Translations under genes and position numbers: made by a program
Source: Candidatus Avispirillum sp.
GTDB taxonomy: Bacteria > Bacillota > Clostridia > Oscillospirales > CAG-272
Assembly (NCBI GenBank): GCA_045650355.1
Contig: JAZRRC010000106.1
Location: 1 to 52,441 of the forward strand
Direction of reading: 5' to 3'
DNA: 52,441 bases
Shown: piece by piece, positions 42,485 to 52,145 of the stretch
How the letters are laid out: the number at the start of each line of letters is the position of its first letter
How positions within the stretch are numbered: position 1 is the stretch's first letter
Notes under the pieces: generated by a model
What the model saw: only the letters and a program-made list of their open reading frames with translations
Told to the model about the DNA's origin: nothing
Databases searched by the model: none

Positions 42485-44481
42485 TGTTTTTTATCTCCTT
42501 TGTCCTGATTGTTTTCATTAAGATATGTGTCTATAGCCGCCTTAAGCATATCGGCAGCCTCAGAGGGGGTGATACCCTCAAGTCTTGTTCCTGCGGAATC
42601 GAAATGTCCGCCTCCGCGCAGCTTTTCAAGAAGAAGCTGAACGTTGATTGTGCCCGTTGAGCGGGCTGAAATATGAACCTCGTTGCCGATGGGAACGATG
42701 GCAAAGGATGCCTTTACGCCCTCAACGGTGAGAAGCTTATCTGCCGCCTTTGCAGCAGGGATCTTGTCCTTGAAGGTACATTCGCCATCCGCTGTCGCTA
42801 TTGCGGCAATATCACGGTAAATTTCTACGTTTGAATGGAATTTCAGCTCTCTCTGGAAATCGGTGAGCTCTGTTTTGAAGAGCTCCTGAACCTCGCCGAC
42901 GTCAGCACCGCGTCCTCTGAGATAGAGGGCTGCAGAGAAGGTTCTTGTTCCCGTATTCTTTGTGAACTGATTTGTATCGAGAAGGATTCCCGCCATCATC
43001 ATATTTGCCTCAGAGGAAAGAAGTGTGTCCTGAGGGAGCACCTGCTCAAGCATTTCCGCAACAAGCTCACTTGCCGCAGATGCCGCAGGCTCGATATATG
43101 TGATAAGGGGAGCTCTTTCATAATCCGCAGTTTTTCTGTGGTGGTCCACAACGCAGACTCTTGCACAGTTATCGAAAAGTGCGGGGCACTCAAACTGCAT
43201 TCTGTTATTAACGTCGGCAATAATGAGAAGAGTATCGGATTCGATAAGATCAAGAGCAGTATCGCTGTCAATGAACACGCTCTTATAATCCTTTTCGCGG
43301 CCGATCCATTCACGGCAACGGTCAAGGTTGGGGTCCTTAAACTCTGTGACGATGTTTACGGGAACACCGCAGAACATACAGAGTCTTGCAAGACCGATGC
43401 AGGCACCGAAGGCATCGAAGTCTGCATACTTATGACCCATAATGATTACGTTTGTAGAGGAAGAAATGCAGGAAACGAGCTCGTTTGCCACAACTCTTGC
43501 CTTTACCTTTGTTCTCTTCTGGGGAATCTTTGTCTTACCGCCGAAAATATCAATTGAGGAATCGGTTTTAACAACTGCCTGGTCACCGCCTCGCTGAAGG
43601 GCAGTATCAAGGGCAGACTGAGCCGCCTTTTCCTTCTCAAGGGGAGTTCCCTCCATTGCGCATACGCCCATGGAAATAGTGAGGGGAATACTGTTTTCGC
43701 CAACACGGATATCTCTGATCTTATCGAGAATATCAAAGCCGCTCTTTGAAAACTCTTCAAGATGGGCTCTCTCAAAGACCATGATATATTTATCCTGCTG
43801 ATACTCCTTGAGAACGGCTCCCGATGCGGTCGCCCATTCACGAAGCTTCTTTTCAGTTTCGCCGGAGGCACTTCTGTAGTCCTCCTGCTCATAGTTGAGA
43901 AGCTCATCAAGGTTGTCAACGGTGATATAGGCAACTGCACTTTCCTTTCCGAGAAGCTTTTTCACCTCTTCATCGTACTCGGTAACGTCCTGCATGATAA
44001 AGACCTTATACTCTCTTGCATCGCTACCCTCGGAGGTGTAGCTGATAGGCATATATCGTCTGCCGAGAGCTCCGAGGCGCATATCGTTCTCCTCGCCCAT
44101 AAGAGTTGAGAAAATATCGGAGAAGCGGGTCGTGCGCTCGATTTTGAAAAGTCTTGCCGCTTCCTTATTGCTCCAGACGATCTTTTCCGAATCCTCGGAG
44201 AGGATAAATGCAGGATAAGGAAGGTCTACAACGGCACCTGCGATCACCGAAACTGTTTCAGGCGCAGGTGTGCGCTTTTTTCTGAGAACGGAATTTTTGC
44301 GGATAATATAGTATGCCGCCAGGGAGGCTGCAAGTAGTGCTGCGGAAAACACGGCAATGAACACAGGATGAACGCTTGTGTACATAAAGAGCACTGTATT
44401 AAAAATTATGATTCCTACTGCAACAGCAAAGGATACAAGAAGGTCCTGAAATACGAAAAGACCTGATTGCTTATTTTTCAT
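42481..44481 (-). CDS. gdpP: DHH/DHHA1 phosphodiesterase, GdpP-type (cyclic-di-AMP phosphodiesterase)
   Basis: Two N-terminal TM helices, a PAS-like and degenerate GGDEF region, VVDHH and a GGGH motif. The 4-nt overlap with rplI and the yybS-gdpP-rplI-dnaB synteny match B. subtilis. Confidence 0.85.
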   Translation of the reverse strand: MKNKQSGLFVFQDLLVSFAVAVGIIIFNTVLFMYTSVHPVFIAVFSAALLAASLAAYYIIRKNSVLRKKRTPAPETVSVIAGAVVDLPYPAFILSEDSEKIVWSNKEAARLFKIERTTRFSDIFSTLMGEENDMRLGALGRRYMPISYTSEGSDAREYKVFIMQDVTEYDEEVKKLLGKESAVAYITVDNLDELLNYEQEDYRSASGETEKKLREWATASGAVLKEYQQDKYIMVFERAHLEEFSKSGFDILDKIRDIRVGENSIPLTISMGVCAMEGTPLEKEKAAQSALDTALQRGGDQAVVKTDSSIDIFGGKTKIPQKRTKVKARVVANELVSCISSSTNVIIMGHKYADFDAFGACIGLARLCMFCGVPVNIVTEFKDPNLDRCREWIGREKDYKSVFIDSDTALDLIESDTLLIIADVNNRMQFECPALFDNCARVCVVDHHRKTADYERAPLITYIEPAASAASELVAEMLEQVLPQDTLLSSEANMMMAGILLDTNQFTKNTGTRTFSAALYLRGRGADVGEVQELFKTELTDFQRELKFHSNVEIYRDIAAIATADGECTFKDKIPAAKAADKLLTVEGVKASFAIVPIGNEVHISARSTGTINVQLLLEKLRGGGHFDSAGTRLEGITPSEAADMLKAAIDTYLNENNQDKGDKKQ

Positions 44482-44511
44482 ACCGCTTTTTCCTTTCTTT
44501 CGTTTTTAAGT

Positions 44512-45534
44512 TCAGCCCTCGTCGGCTCTGCCCTTCAAGGCTATCAGTGCACGGGCTACAATATAAATGCATGCAAAGGAGCTGAGCATCTGCACAAAGG
44601 CTATGGGGGACATAACGGCAAGGAATATCATAGCTCCTATCCAAATGCCGTTTCTTCTGCCCTCTCTTTTTCTTCGGATGATTCCGTCGCTGTAAAAAAG
44701 GAGCTTGAATCCCGCAATAGCGCAGGCAGGCATAAGAATATAGGCAAGATTGATTGCCGAATATGCGATAACGGATGCCTCCGTTGCAAAAAAGCTGACA
44801 GCAACAGAAACAAGATAAATAACGGCACAGGGGACGGAAATCGTGATTCCGTAATTTCTTTTCACAAATGCCATGCCGGGGATGAGTGCCAAAAGAAGAG
44901 ACCTGAATATTCTTGCAGTGATATATGCGAGAGCCTCGCAGGTCACAACAACGACGGAGGGGAGTATCATAACCGCAGTTTCAATAAGTGCTGAAACCGC
45001 TTCCTCGGGGATAGAGTACGATTCGCCGTCAGCGGAGGGGTATTTCATCTGAGAAAACATTTCAAAAAGGCTCGTTTTCATCTCTGCCCAGAAGCTTTTA
45101 TAGCTTTCTGCAACGGACTGACCGTAAAGCTCTGTTACGGAAACAGTGAGGATAGCACCCATTGAAATGAGTATCGCCACAGTGAGAGCGGCAACGGTGA
45201 CGGAAAGATTTCTCTCTGTGAAGGCGCAGTATGCAAGGATGATTCCCACAGGCACGTACAAAAGAACGCAAAGGCTGAGGATAATATCTCCCGTCATCAA
45301 AAATGCACAGCCAAAGGAAAGGGGAACAGTTATCCAGGGGATAAATCCTCTGACGGATACTAAAAGGAGGGCAAAGGCGCATCCCGCAAGACCCGTGCAA
45401 AACATACCGCCAAATCCCGCAGCCGTTATTGCCGAAAGAGCGGTAGCAGCTATCACCATCAGTACAGCAACAGGAAGTGAGGGCCTTTTAAGCTCGTTTC
45501 GGTTTTCCCAGAGGGGGTATTTTGTTTGTTCCAT
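44512..45534 (-). CDS. yybS: YybS-family (DUF2232) polytopic membrane protein
   Basis: Polytopic and directly upstream of gdpP, as in B. subtilis yybS-yybT. The assignment rests mainly on synteny. Confidence 0.7.
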   Translation of the reverse strand: MEQTKYPLWENRNELKRPSLPVAVLMVIAATALSAITAAGFGGMFCTGLAGCAFALLLVSVRGFIPWITVPLSFGCAFLMTGDIILSLCVLLYVPVGIILAYCAFTERNLSVTVAALTVAILISMGAILTVSVTELYGQSVAESYKSFWAEMKTSLFEMFSQMKYPSADGESYSIPEEAVSALIETAVMILPSVVVVTCEALAYITARIFRSLLLALIPGMAFVKRNYGITISVPCAVIYLVSVAVSFFATEASVIAYSAINLAYILMPACAIAGFKLLFYSDGIIRRKREGRRNGIWIGAMIFLAVMSPIAFVQMLSSFACIYIVARALIALKGRADEG

Positions 45535-45578
45535 TTATATTCCACCGAATTATTTTTACATATAGATATACGTATATC

Positions 45579-45607
45579 ATTGTACCACTAAATCTCTCTT
45601 TTGTCAA
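45579..45607 (-). promoter_or_regulatory. sigma-A-type promoter of the yybS-gdpP-rplI-dnaB operon
   Basis: Minus strand TTGACA (45607-45602), 17 bp, TACAAT (45584-45579). Confidence 0.5.
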
Positions 45608-45644
45608 AGATTATTTTAAATGGCAAGTGTTTTTGGAAAAGCAG

Positions 45645-45673
45645 TTGCCAAATCGCAAAAAAGGTAATATAAT
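45645..45673 (+). promoter_or_regulatory. sigma-A-type promoter of murD
   Basis: TTGCCA (45645-45650), 17 bp, TATAAT (45668-45673). Confidence 0.5.
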
Positions 45674-45715
45674 TATAGGGAATATATATAAAATCCTCCG
45701 AAAGGTGAAATACAT

Positions 45716-47113
45716 ATGACAGTAGATCTTTCCCCCGTTTTCAAGGATAAAAAGGTTATCCTTCTGGGTGCCGGAGTTTCAAATATGCCCCTTGCCCGTA
45801 TGCTCTCGAAAATGGGTGCTAAAATCGAGGTAAGAGATAAAAAAACAAAGGAAGAGCTTGGAGCTGCAGGCGAGGAGCTTATCGCCCTCGGTGCCGACCT
45901 TGTTCTCGGTGACAGCTATCTTACAGAAATGGAGGGCGATTTCGTTTTCCGCTCTCCCGGTTTCCGTCCCGACATTCCTGTTCTTGAGGATGCAAAGGAA
46001 AAAGGCATCTGCGTGACAGGCGAAATGGAAATGTTTATTGACTATGCTCCCTGCCCTGTTATCGGTATTACGGGAAGCGACGGCAAGAGCACAACCACAA
46101 CTCTCGTTTCAAAGATTCTTGAAAAGAACGGCTCTCGCCCCGTTTTCCTCGGCGGAAACATCGGCGAGCCTCTTCTCCACCGCATCGGAGACATGGATGA
46201 AAATTCCATTGTTGCAGCAGAGCTTTCAAGCTTCCAGCTTATGACAGTCAAGTCTCCCGTGACGGTTGCGGTTATCAAAAACGTTACCCCCAACCACCTT
46301 AACTGGCACACGGGAATGGAAGAATATATCGAGGCAAAGGCAAAGATCCTCACAGGCGCAAAAAAGGCAATTCTCAACTACGACGATGAGGTTTGCCGCG
46401 CTCTTGCAGAGAAATGTGAGTGCCCCGTTATGTGGTTCTCAAGAAAGCCTATTCCGAAGGAAGTGCTTGACTCCTGCCTCGGCGGTGTTTACCCCTCCGA
46501 CGGCTATATCGTGATGTACAGAGGCGGCTCTGAAGAGCGCATCGTTGCTCTCGAGGACGTTCTTCTCCCCGGAGACCACAACATCGAAAACTACTCCACA
46601 GCAATTGCCGCAACCTGCGACTATGCTACTGCAGCTGACGTTGCAAGCGTTGCTTCTACCTTCGGCGGTGTTCGCCACCGTCTTGAGCTTGTAAGACAGA
46701 AGGACGGAGTTAAGTTCTATAACAGCTCCATCGACTCCTCTCCTACACGTACTGCAGCGGCAATCTCCGCTCTTAGTTGCCCCATCCGCATCATCTGCGG
46801 CGGATACGATAAGAATATCCCCTTTGAGCCGTTGGCTGATGCTCTTGTGGCTTGCAAGTATATAAAGACAGTTGTTCTCACAGGCGCAACTCTTGAAAAG
46901 ATCAAAGCATCCCTTCTCAGCCATCCCGATTTTGAAAAGTCCGGCATTGAGCTTATCGAAAAGAAGGATTTCACAGAGGCAGTTATCGCTTGTGCCGAAA
47001 GTGCTGAGAGCGGTGACTGTGTTCTTCTCTCCCCTGCCTGCGCAAGCTTCGATGCCTTTGCGAATTTCGAGGTCCGCGGTGATAGATTCAAGGAAATAGT
47101 TGCAGAGCTTTAA
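45716..47113 (+). CDS. murD: UDP-N-acetylmuramoylalanine--D-glutamate ligase
   Basis: GITGSDGKSTTT, the GNIG N-terminal Rossmann region and a Mur ligase C-terminal domain; 465 aa. Confidence 0.9.
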   Translation: MTVDLSPVFKDKKVILLGAGVSNMPLARMLSKMGAKIEVRDKKTKEELGAAGEELIALGADLVLGDSYLTEMEGDFVFRSPGFRPDIPVLEDAKEKGICVTGEMEMFIDYAPCPVIGITGSDGKSTTTTLVSKILEKNGSRPVFLGGNIGEPLLHRIGDMDENSIVAAELSSFQLMTVKSPVTVAVIKNVTPNHLNWHTGMEEYIEAKAKILTGAKKAILNYDDEVCRALAEKCECPVMWFSRKPIPKEVLDSCLGGVYPSDGYIVMYRGGSEERIVALEDVLLPGDHNIENYSTAIAATCDYATAADVASVASTFGGVRHRLELVRQKDGVKFYNSSIDSSPTRTAAAISALSCPIRIICGGYDKNIPFEPLADALVACKYIKTVVLTGATLEKIKASLLSHPDFEKSGIELIEKKDFTEAVIACAESAESGDCVLLSPACASFDAFANFEVRGDRFKEIVAEL

Positions 47114-47118
47114 GACTA

Positions 47119-47165
47119 CGCAGAAACTTTTTTGAAAAAAAGTTTCCGCACCTTCAAAAAACTTT
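47119..47165 (+). repeat. 3'-UTR hairpin element, copy C (after murD)
   Basis: CGCAGAAACTTTTTTGAAAAAAAGTTTCCGCACCTTCAAAAAACTTT. Starts 6 nt after the murD stop and ends 14 nt before the first M42 gene. Confidence 0.8.
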
Positions 47166-47179
47166 AAAAAGGAAAAAAT

Positions 47180-48238
47180 ATGTATACTGCTAAAGAGATT
47201 ATAGAAAAGCTCGTGCCCATAATGTCGGTTTCGGGCTATGAGGAAAGAGGCCGCGATGCCCTCCTCGAGGCATATTCCGAGCCCTTTGACGAATATATCC
47301 CCCATTCATCGGGAACACATATTTTCGTTAAAAAATGCGGCAAGGAAAATGCGAAGAAGATCATGATCGATGCTCATTTCGATGAGATCGGTATGATCGT
47401 TACCGGTATTCTTGACGGCGGATTTCTCTCCGTTGCAAATATCGGCGGTCTTGACAGACGAATCCTTCCCGCCGCTGAGGTGCTTATCTACGGAAAGGAG
47501 ACAATCTACGGCGTTATCGTTTCCACTCCTCCCCACCTTCAGGCACCCGGAGACAGCAAAAAGGCGCCCAAGATCGATCAGATAAGAATCGACACAGGCT
47601 ACACAAAGGAAAAGCTTGAAGAGATAGTTGAGATCGGCACTCCCATCGGCTTTTACGAAAAGCCCGTGATGCTGGGTGAGCGCAGAATGGCATCCCGCAG
47701 CCTTGACAACAAGGCTTGCTGCGCAGCAGCTTACCTTTGTGCAGCATCCCTCAAGGCTGAGGATATGGAGGCTGATCTTTACGTTACCCTCTCAGCAAGA
47801 GAGGAGGCAACCATGGCAGACGGAGCAGCAAGCTCCGCCTACGCTATCCTTCCCGATCTTGCAATCGTAACTGACGTTACCTTTGCAACTGCCCCCGGAA
47901 TCAAGGCAGAGGAATCGGGCAAATTCGGTGGAGGCCCTGTTATCTCCCTTTCCGCAGTTACAGACCGCCCCTTCACAGACAGCCTTATCGAGATGTGTAA
48001 GGAGGGCGAGATTCCCTACGGAATCACCGTTGATGCCACAAACACAGGAACCAATGCGACCATGCTCACCCTCGTTGGCGACGGAATTCCCGTTGCGGTA
48101 GTGAGCGTGCCCATCGGCTCCATGCACACATACAACGAAACAGTTGAGCTTTCCGACGTTGAAAGCACGGCAAAGCTCTTTGCTAAGGCTGTTTGCAATA
48201 AAGAAATTTTCGAGAAAGGGGATACAAGATATGTGTAA
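47180..48238 (+). CDS. M42-family metallopeptidase, paralog 1
   Basis: DAHFDEIG, LDNKACC, REEAT and GSMHT metal-ligand positions. The most divergent of the three. Confidence 0.85.
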   Translation: MYTAKEIIEKLVPIMSVSGYEERGRDALLEAYSEPFDEYIPHSSGTHIFVKKCGKENAKKIMIDAHFDEIGMIVTGILDGGFLSVANIGGLDRRILPAAEVLIYGKETIYGVIVSTPPHLQAPGDSKKAPKIDQIRIDTGYTKEKLEEIVEIGTPIGFYEKPVMLGERRMASRSLDNKACCAAAYLCAASLKAEDMEADLYVTLSAREEATMADGAASSAYAILPDLAIVTDVTFATAPGIKAEESGKFGGGPVISLSAVTDRPFTDSLIEMCKEGEIPYGITVDATNTGTNATMLTLVGDGIPVAVVSVPIGSMHTYNETVELSDVESTAKLFAKAVCNKEIFEKGDTRYV

Positions 48239-49307
48239 GAAAGCAGGATTTGAGCTTCTTGAATCACTTTGCAATATTTTCGGACCCTCCGGATGCGAGG
48301 ACCCCGTAGCAAAGGCTATTCTCGAAAATATTGAGGGATGCTACGACACACTTATCCCCAATCGCTGCTGCGGCGTTATCGCGCATATCAAGGGTAACGG
48401 CAAGAGCGAGAAAAAGCTTATGCTCTCCGCTCATATGGACGAGGTCGGCTTTATGGTAAAGTCCATCTCTGACGACGGTACAGTTAAGGTAGCCTCCATG
48501 TGCGGTGGTGACACACGCATTATGGCAGGCAGAAGAGTAGTTATCAGCCGTGACGGCGAAAAACTTGTTCGCGGAGTATTTGCTCTCAAGCCCATTCACC
48601 TTCTGAAGGGTGACGAATACGACAATGCCGCATCAATGGACGAGCTTTATCTTGACATCGGCGCTGCCGACAAGGAAGAAGCGGAAAAGATGGTTTCTGT
48701 TGGCGACTATGCAACCTTTGAAAGCGATTTCGTTCGCTTCGGTGAGGACAACAGAATGATAAAGGCAAAGGCCATCGATGACCGCGCAGGATGCGCTATC
48801 ATGTGCGATCTTATGAAGGAGCTTTACCCCGTAAAGGACGAGATTCCCTTCGACATGTATTTTGCATTCACATGCCGCGAGGAGCTTGGTATTTCCGGTG
48901 CCCGTACTGCGGCTCACCTTATCGATCCCACCCATGCTCTTATTTTCGAGTCCACCGCAATTGCAGACATCTGCGGCACAGCACCTCACACAACAGTTGC
49001 AAAGCAGGGTGAGGGCCCCGCAATTTCCCTTATGGACCGCTCTACAATCTACGACAAGGACCTTACAGAGCTTGTGCTTTCCACAGGCAAGGAGGAGGAC
49101 ATCCCCTGCCAGATCAAGAAATACATCTCAGGCGGAAACGATGCAGGTCACATCCACAAGAGCCGTGCGGGAGTTCGCTGCTGTGTTATGAGCATCCCCT
49201 CAAGATATATCCACACAGCGTCAAACGTTATCCGTGCTGAGGACTACACAAGCACATACAGACTTGCCCTTGCATCCATCAAGAAACTTTCAAAGGAAGG
49301 TAATTAA
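48231..49307 (+). CDS. M42-family metallopeptidase, paralog 2
   Basis: SAHMDEVG, IDDRAGC, CREELGISGA and SRYIHT. Start MCKKAGFELL with an AAAGGGGA Shine-Dalgarno; overlaps paralog 1 by 8 nt. Confidence 0.85.
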   Translation: MCKKAGFELLESLCNIFGPSGCEDPVAKAILENIEGCYDTLIPNRCCGVIAHIKGNGKSEKKLMLSAHMDEVGFMVKSISDDGTVKVASMCGGDTRIMAGRRVVISRDGEKLVRGVFALKPIHLLKGDEYDNAASMDELYLDIGAADKEEAEKMVSVGDYATFESDFVRFGEDNRMIKAKAIDDRAGCAIMCDLMKELYPVKDEIPFDMYFAFTCREELGISGARTAAHLIDPTHALIFESTAIADICGTAPHTTVAKQGEGPAISLMDRSTIYDKDLTELVLSTGKEEDIPCQIKKYISGGNDAGHIHKSRAGVRCCVMSIPSRYIHTASNVIRAEDYTSTYRLALASIKKLSKEGN

Positions 49308-49308
49308 A

Positions 49309-50295
49309 ATGGTTAAATATATTAGAGACCTTGTGAAGATCATTTCCGTATCCGGTCACGAGGAAAAGATTGCAGATTATATCGCAGAAAAAATGGCCCC
49401 CTACTTTGACGAGGTTTACAAGGACACCCTCGGAAACCTTATCTGCCACAAGAAGGGAGAGGGCAAGAAGCTTATGATGTGCGCCCATATGGACGAGATC
49501 GGCTTCATCGTAACATATATTGAGGATGACGGCTACGTTCGCTTTGCCCCCATCGGCGGCATCAGCTTTGCGGCAGCAGCTTTTTCCGAGGTCATTTTCG
49601 AGAACGGCAGAGTTGGCGTTATCGTTCCCGAGGCTGAGGTTAAGGCGGCAGACTACAAGGCTGACAGCTTCGTTGTTGACCTTGGCACAAAAACAAAAAA
49701 GGAAACAGAGCGCCTTGTGAAAATCGGCGACACCTTTGCAGTTCGCCCCGCAGTCACATCTCTTGCAGGCGGCAAGATCTGCGGCAGACCTCTTGACGAC
49801 AAGATCGGCTGTGCTATTCTTATGGCAGCAGCTGAAAAGAGCGACTCCTTCAAGAATGACGTAACCTTCGTATTCACAGTTCAGGAGGAGGTTGGTATCC
49901 GCGGCGCACGTACTGCGGCATTCGCAATCGCTCCCGACTACGGCATTGCTCTTGACGTTACAGCAACAGGCGATGCAAAGGGCGCAAAGCCCATGGCAGT
50001 AAAGCTTGGCGGCGGTGCAGCTATCAAGATCAAGGATCAGTCCGCAATCTGCGACGTTACTCTTGTTGAGAAGATGAAGACTCTTGCAAAGGATAATAAG
50101 ATCCCCCACCAGCTTGAGATTCTCACCTACGGTGGCACAGACACAGCTTCCATGCAGCTTGCAGGCGAGGGATGCCGCGCAGGATGCATCTCCATCCCCA
50201 CAAGATATATTCATTCCGCAGTTGAAACAATTGACGAAAAGGACGTAAAGGCAGCAATCGATCTGACTGTTGCTCTCTGCACAAACGAGCTTTAA
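49309..50295 (+). CDS. M42-family metallopeptidase, paralog 3
   Basis: CAHMDEIG, LDDKIGC, VQEEVGIRGA and TRYIHS. Start MVKYIRDL with an AAGGAAGG Shine-Dalgarno, 1 nt after the paralog 2 stop. Confidence 0.85.
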   Translation: MVKYIRDLVKIISVSGHEEKIADYIAEKMAPYFDEVYKDTLGNLICHKKGEGKKLMMCAHMDEIGFIVTYIEDDGYVRFAPIGGISFAAAAFSEVIFENGRVGVIVPEAEVKAADYKADSFVVDLGTKTKKETERLVKIGDTFAVRPAVTSLAGGKICGRPLDDKIGCAILMAAAEKSDSFKNDVTFVFTVQEEVGIRGARTAAFAIAPDYGIALDVTATGDAKGAKPMAVKLGGGAAIKIKDQSAICDVTLVEKMKTLAKDNKIPHQLEILTYGGTDTASMQLAGEGCRAGCISIPTRYIHSAVETIDEKDVKAAIDLTVALCTNEL

Positions 50296-50306
50296 TTGAA
50301 TAGAAA

Positions 50307-50332
50307 AAGGACTGCTTTTGCAGTCCTTTTTT
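50307..50332 (+). terminator. intrinsic terminator of the M42 operon (usable on both strands)
   Basis: AAGGACTGC / GCAGTCCTT stem, loop TTTT, T-run after and A-run before. Confidence 0.75.
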
Positions 50333-50347
50333 AAAATTTGTTTTAAT

Positions 50348-50396
50348 GAAGTTTTTTGGGAGTGCAGAGGACTTTTTTACAAAAAAGTCCTTTGCA
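50348..50396 (-). repeat. 3'-UTR hairpin element, copy D (after the 50433-52001 gene)
   Basis: The minus strand reads TGCAAAGGACTTTTTTGTAAAAAAGTCCTCTGCACTCCCAAAAAACTTC. Starts 37 nt after that gene's stop. Confidence 0.8.
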
Positions 50397-50432
50397 TAAA
50401 AACTGACTTACCTTTTCTGGTCAGGTATCATT

Positions 50433-52001
50433 TTAGTCAACCAAGCCGCCGATGAGCGAGGATATTTTTAAAAGTCCTGTTTTCTTCAGAAGGATTTCAA
50501 ATCTTTCCTTTGAAAAAACATCCTTCCATGCACTGAAATCAATGCATTCCTCGTGAAGGCTTACCTTTCGGGCTTTTATCTTTTCGCTTTCAGCTGAAAC
50601 CTTGAATTCAACAGACGTTCTGTATCCGATGCTGCCTTCAACATCGGAGCCGTTTTTGTCTGAGCTATAATTAAGATCACAGGAAATTCTCGTTTTCTTG
50701 TCAGCAATCTTTATGTTTCCGCCTATATTGCCCTTTTTCAGCTCGTTTTTATCTACGTTGCTATATTCAAAAGTAAGATTGCGATCTCCGATCATTAAGT
50801 CGAAGCTGCCGTCAAGGATATCCTTATCAATACTGCTTTCACCCTCGACGGATACTACAGTCTTTTCGCCCATATAGAGGATTGCCTCTGTAAATCTTTC
50901 GCTATTAGACTCAAGACTTGCAATATAAAGTCCCGCATTCTTCAGCACCTGAGCATCAATAGCTGCAATCTCGCCCTTTTCGTTTATCCAAAGTGAAAGA
51001 GCAAAATATTCTGCATCGGGCAGAGCCTTTCTTGCCTTTTTTATACCTTCAAGTGCTTTTTTCGCATCGGAATAAAGCCTTTCATAAAGCTCCTCTGCAG
51101 AAAGGGGCTTGTATTCATCATAAAGATTCGGGAAAGTCTCCTTTATGAATTTCTTGACCGCCTTTTCGTTATTTATAATATGCTTTTTAAGGTCCTTATC
51201 GTCCAGCGCTTTTTCAAGCACTGACTCTCCTATATCGAGAAGGGTATCTGTTGAAACTCTTAATCTGAGTCTTGTTTTGTTCTGCGCCTCATCTCCTACT
51301 ATGAGCTCCTGCTTTTCGCGCTCAACGTCATCGATACAGGATGCGGCAGTAAGAAAATAACGCAATATAAGCTTTGAGGAAAGCTTATCCTCGGGAAGCA
51401 CGTCCTTTAAGGTCTGCGAATCGGGCAGATTCTTGTCCTTCAGCTGCTCCACCTTATACAAAAGAGCCTTTTTTGAAAGCTCGGGTATGCATACAGTCGC
51501 CTCGCCCGCTCTGTAATCCGCTCTTGCCTCAAGGGACAAAACGTGCTTTTTGCCGTATGAAAGCTCAATATCGAGAGCGTTTGCCGTTTTATTTTTAGTT
51601 ATGGCATATTCTGCAATAAGGGGCGTTTTTTTAAAGCCCAAGCTGTCTGCAAGAGTATCGATGACACCTGCAGTTTCAAGATAGACCTCTGCCTTTCCGC
51701 TGAGGGTCTTATTTTCAAGAGTTCTTTCTGCCAAAACGGCGCCGTATTCTGAGGAATCCTCATAAATATCGATTCCGTTCTTTATACATATATACTTAAA
51801 ATGCATCTCAGGAGAGCAGATGCTGAAAAATCCGTTTAATATGTAATCACCGAAAAAGAAAAATGCTCCTGCCACTAAAAGAAGAACAGCCGCTACTATG
51901 CATATGCATCTTACAATGCGGGGCTTTTTCTTCTCCTTTTCCTTTACCTGTGCATTTTCCTCGTTTTTCTCTTTTTCGTCTATACTCTCACAATACAACA
52001 T
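50433..52001 (-). CDS. membrane-anchored hypothetical protein
   Basis: Start taken at MLYCESIDEK (GGGGGA Shine-Dalgarno 4 nt upstream). It has a Lys/Glu-rich N-terminus, one TM helix (IVAAVLLLVAGAFFFF) and a 450-aa extracytoplasmic part of no recognised family. Confidence 0.6.
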   Translation of the reverse strand: MLYCESIDEKEKNEENAQVKEKEKKKPRIVRCICIVAAVLLLVAGAFFFFGDYILNGFFSICSPEMHFKYICIKNGIDIYEDSSEYGAVLAERTLENKTLSGKAEVYLETAGVIDTLADSLGFKKTPLIAEYAITKNKTANALDIELSYGKKHVLSLEARADYRAGEATVCIPELSKKALLYKVEQLKDKNLPDSQTLKDVLPEDKLSSKLILRYFLTAASCIDDVEREKQELIVGDEAQNKTRLRLRVSTDTLLDIGESVLEKALDDKDLKKHIINNEKAVKKFIKETFPNLYDEYKPLSAEELYERLYSDAKKALEGIKKARKALPDAEYFALSLWINEKGEIAAIDAQVLKNAGLYIASLESNSERFTEAILYMGEKTVVSVEGESSIDKDILDGSFDLMIGDRNLTFEYSNVDKNELKKGNIGGNIKIADKKTRISCDLNYSSDKNGSDVEGSIGYRTSVEFKVSAESEKIKARKVSLHEECIDFSAWKDVFSKERFEILLKKTGLLKISSLIGGLVD

Positions 52002-52094
52002 AAATCCCCCAAAAATCGATTTTACTTTACTATTATAGCAAAAAATCTTATAACAATCAATAGCCAGGTCTTTCTTGCTTTTTTGGAAAAACTG

Positions 52095-52123
52095 TTGTAG
52101 GAGGGGCATAAATATTGTATAAT
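52095..52123 (+). promoter_or_regulatory. sigma-A-type promoter of sfsA
   Basis: TTGTAG (52095-52100), 17 bp ending in TG, TATAAT (52118-52123). Confidence 0.5.
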
Positions 52124-52145
52124 CATAAAAAACGGGAGGTTGAAA

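Noticed and set aside
49206-49215. DnaA-box-like ATATCCACA, plus the weak TTTATCCCT at about 26-34.
   Set aside because: These are single, imperfect sites, one of them inside a coding region. There is no cluster of boxes or adjacent AT-rich unwinding element, so an oriC call is not supported.
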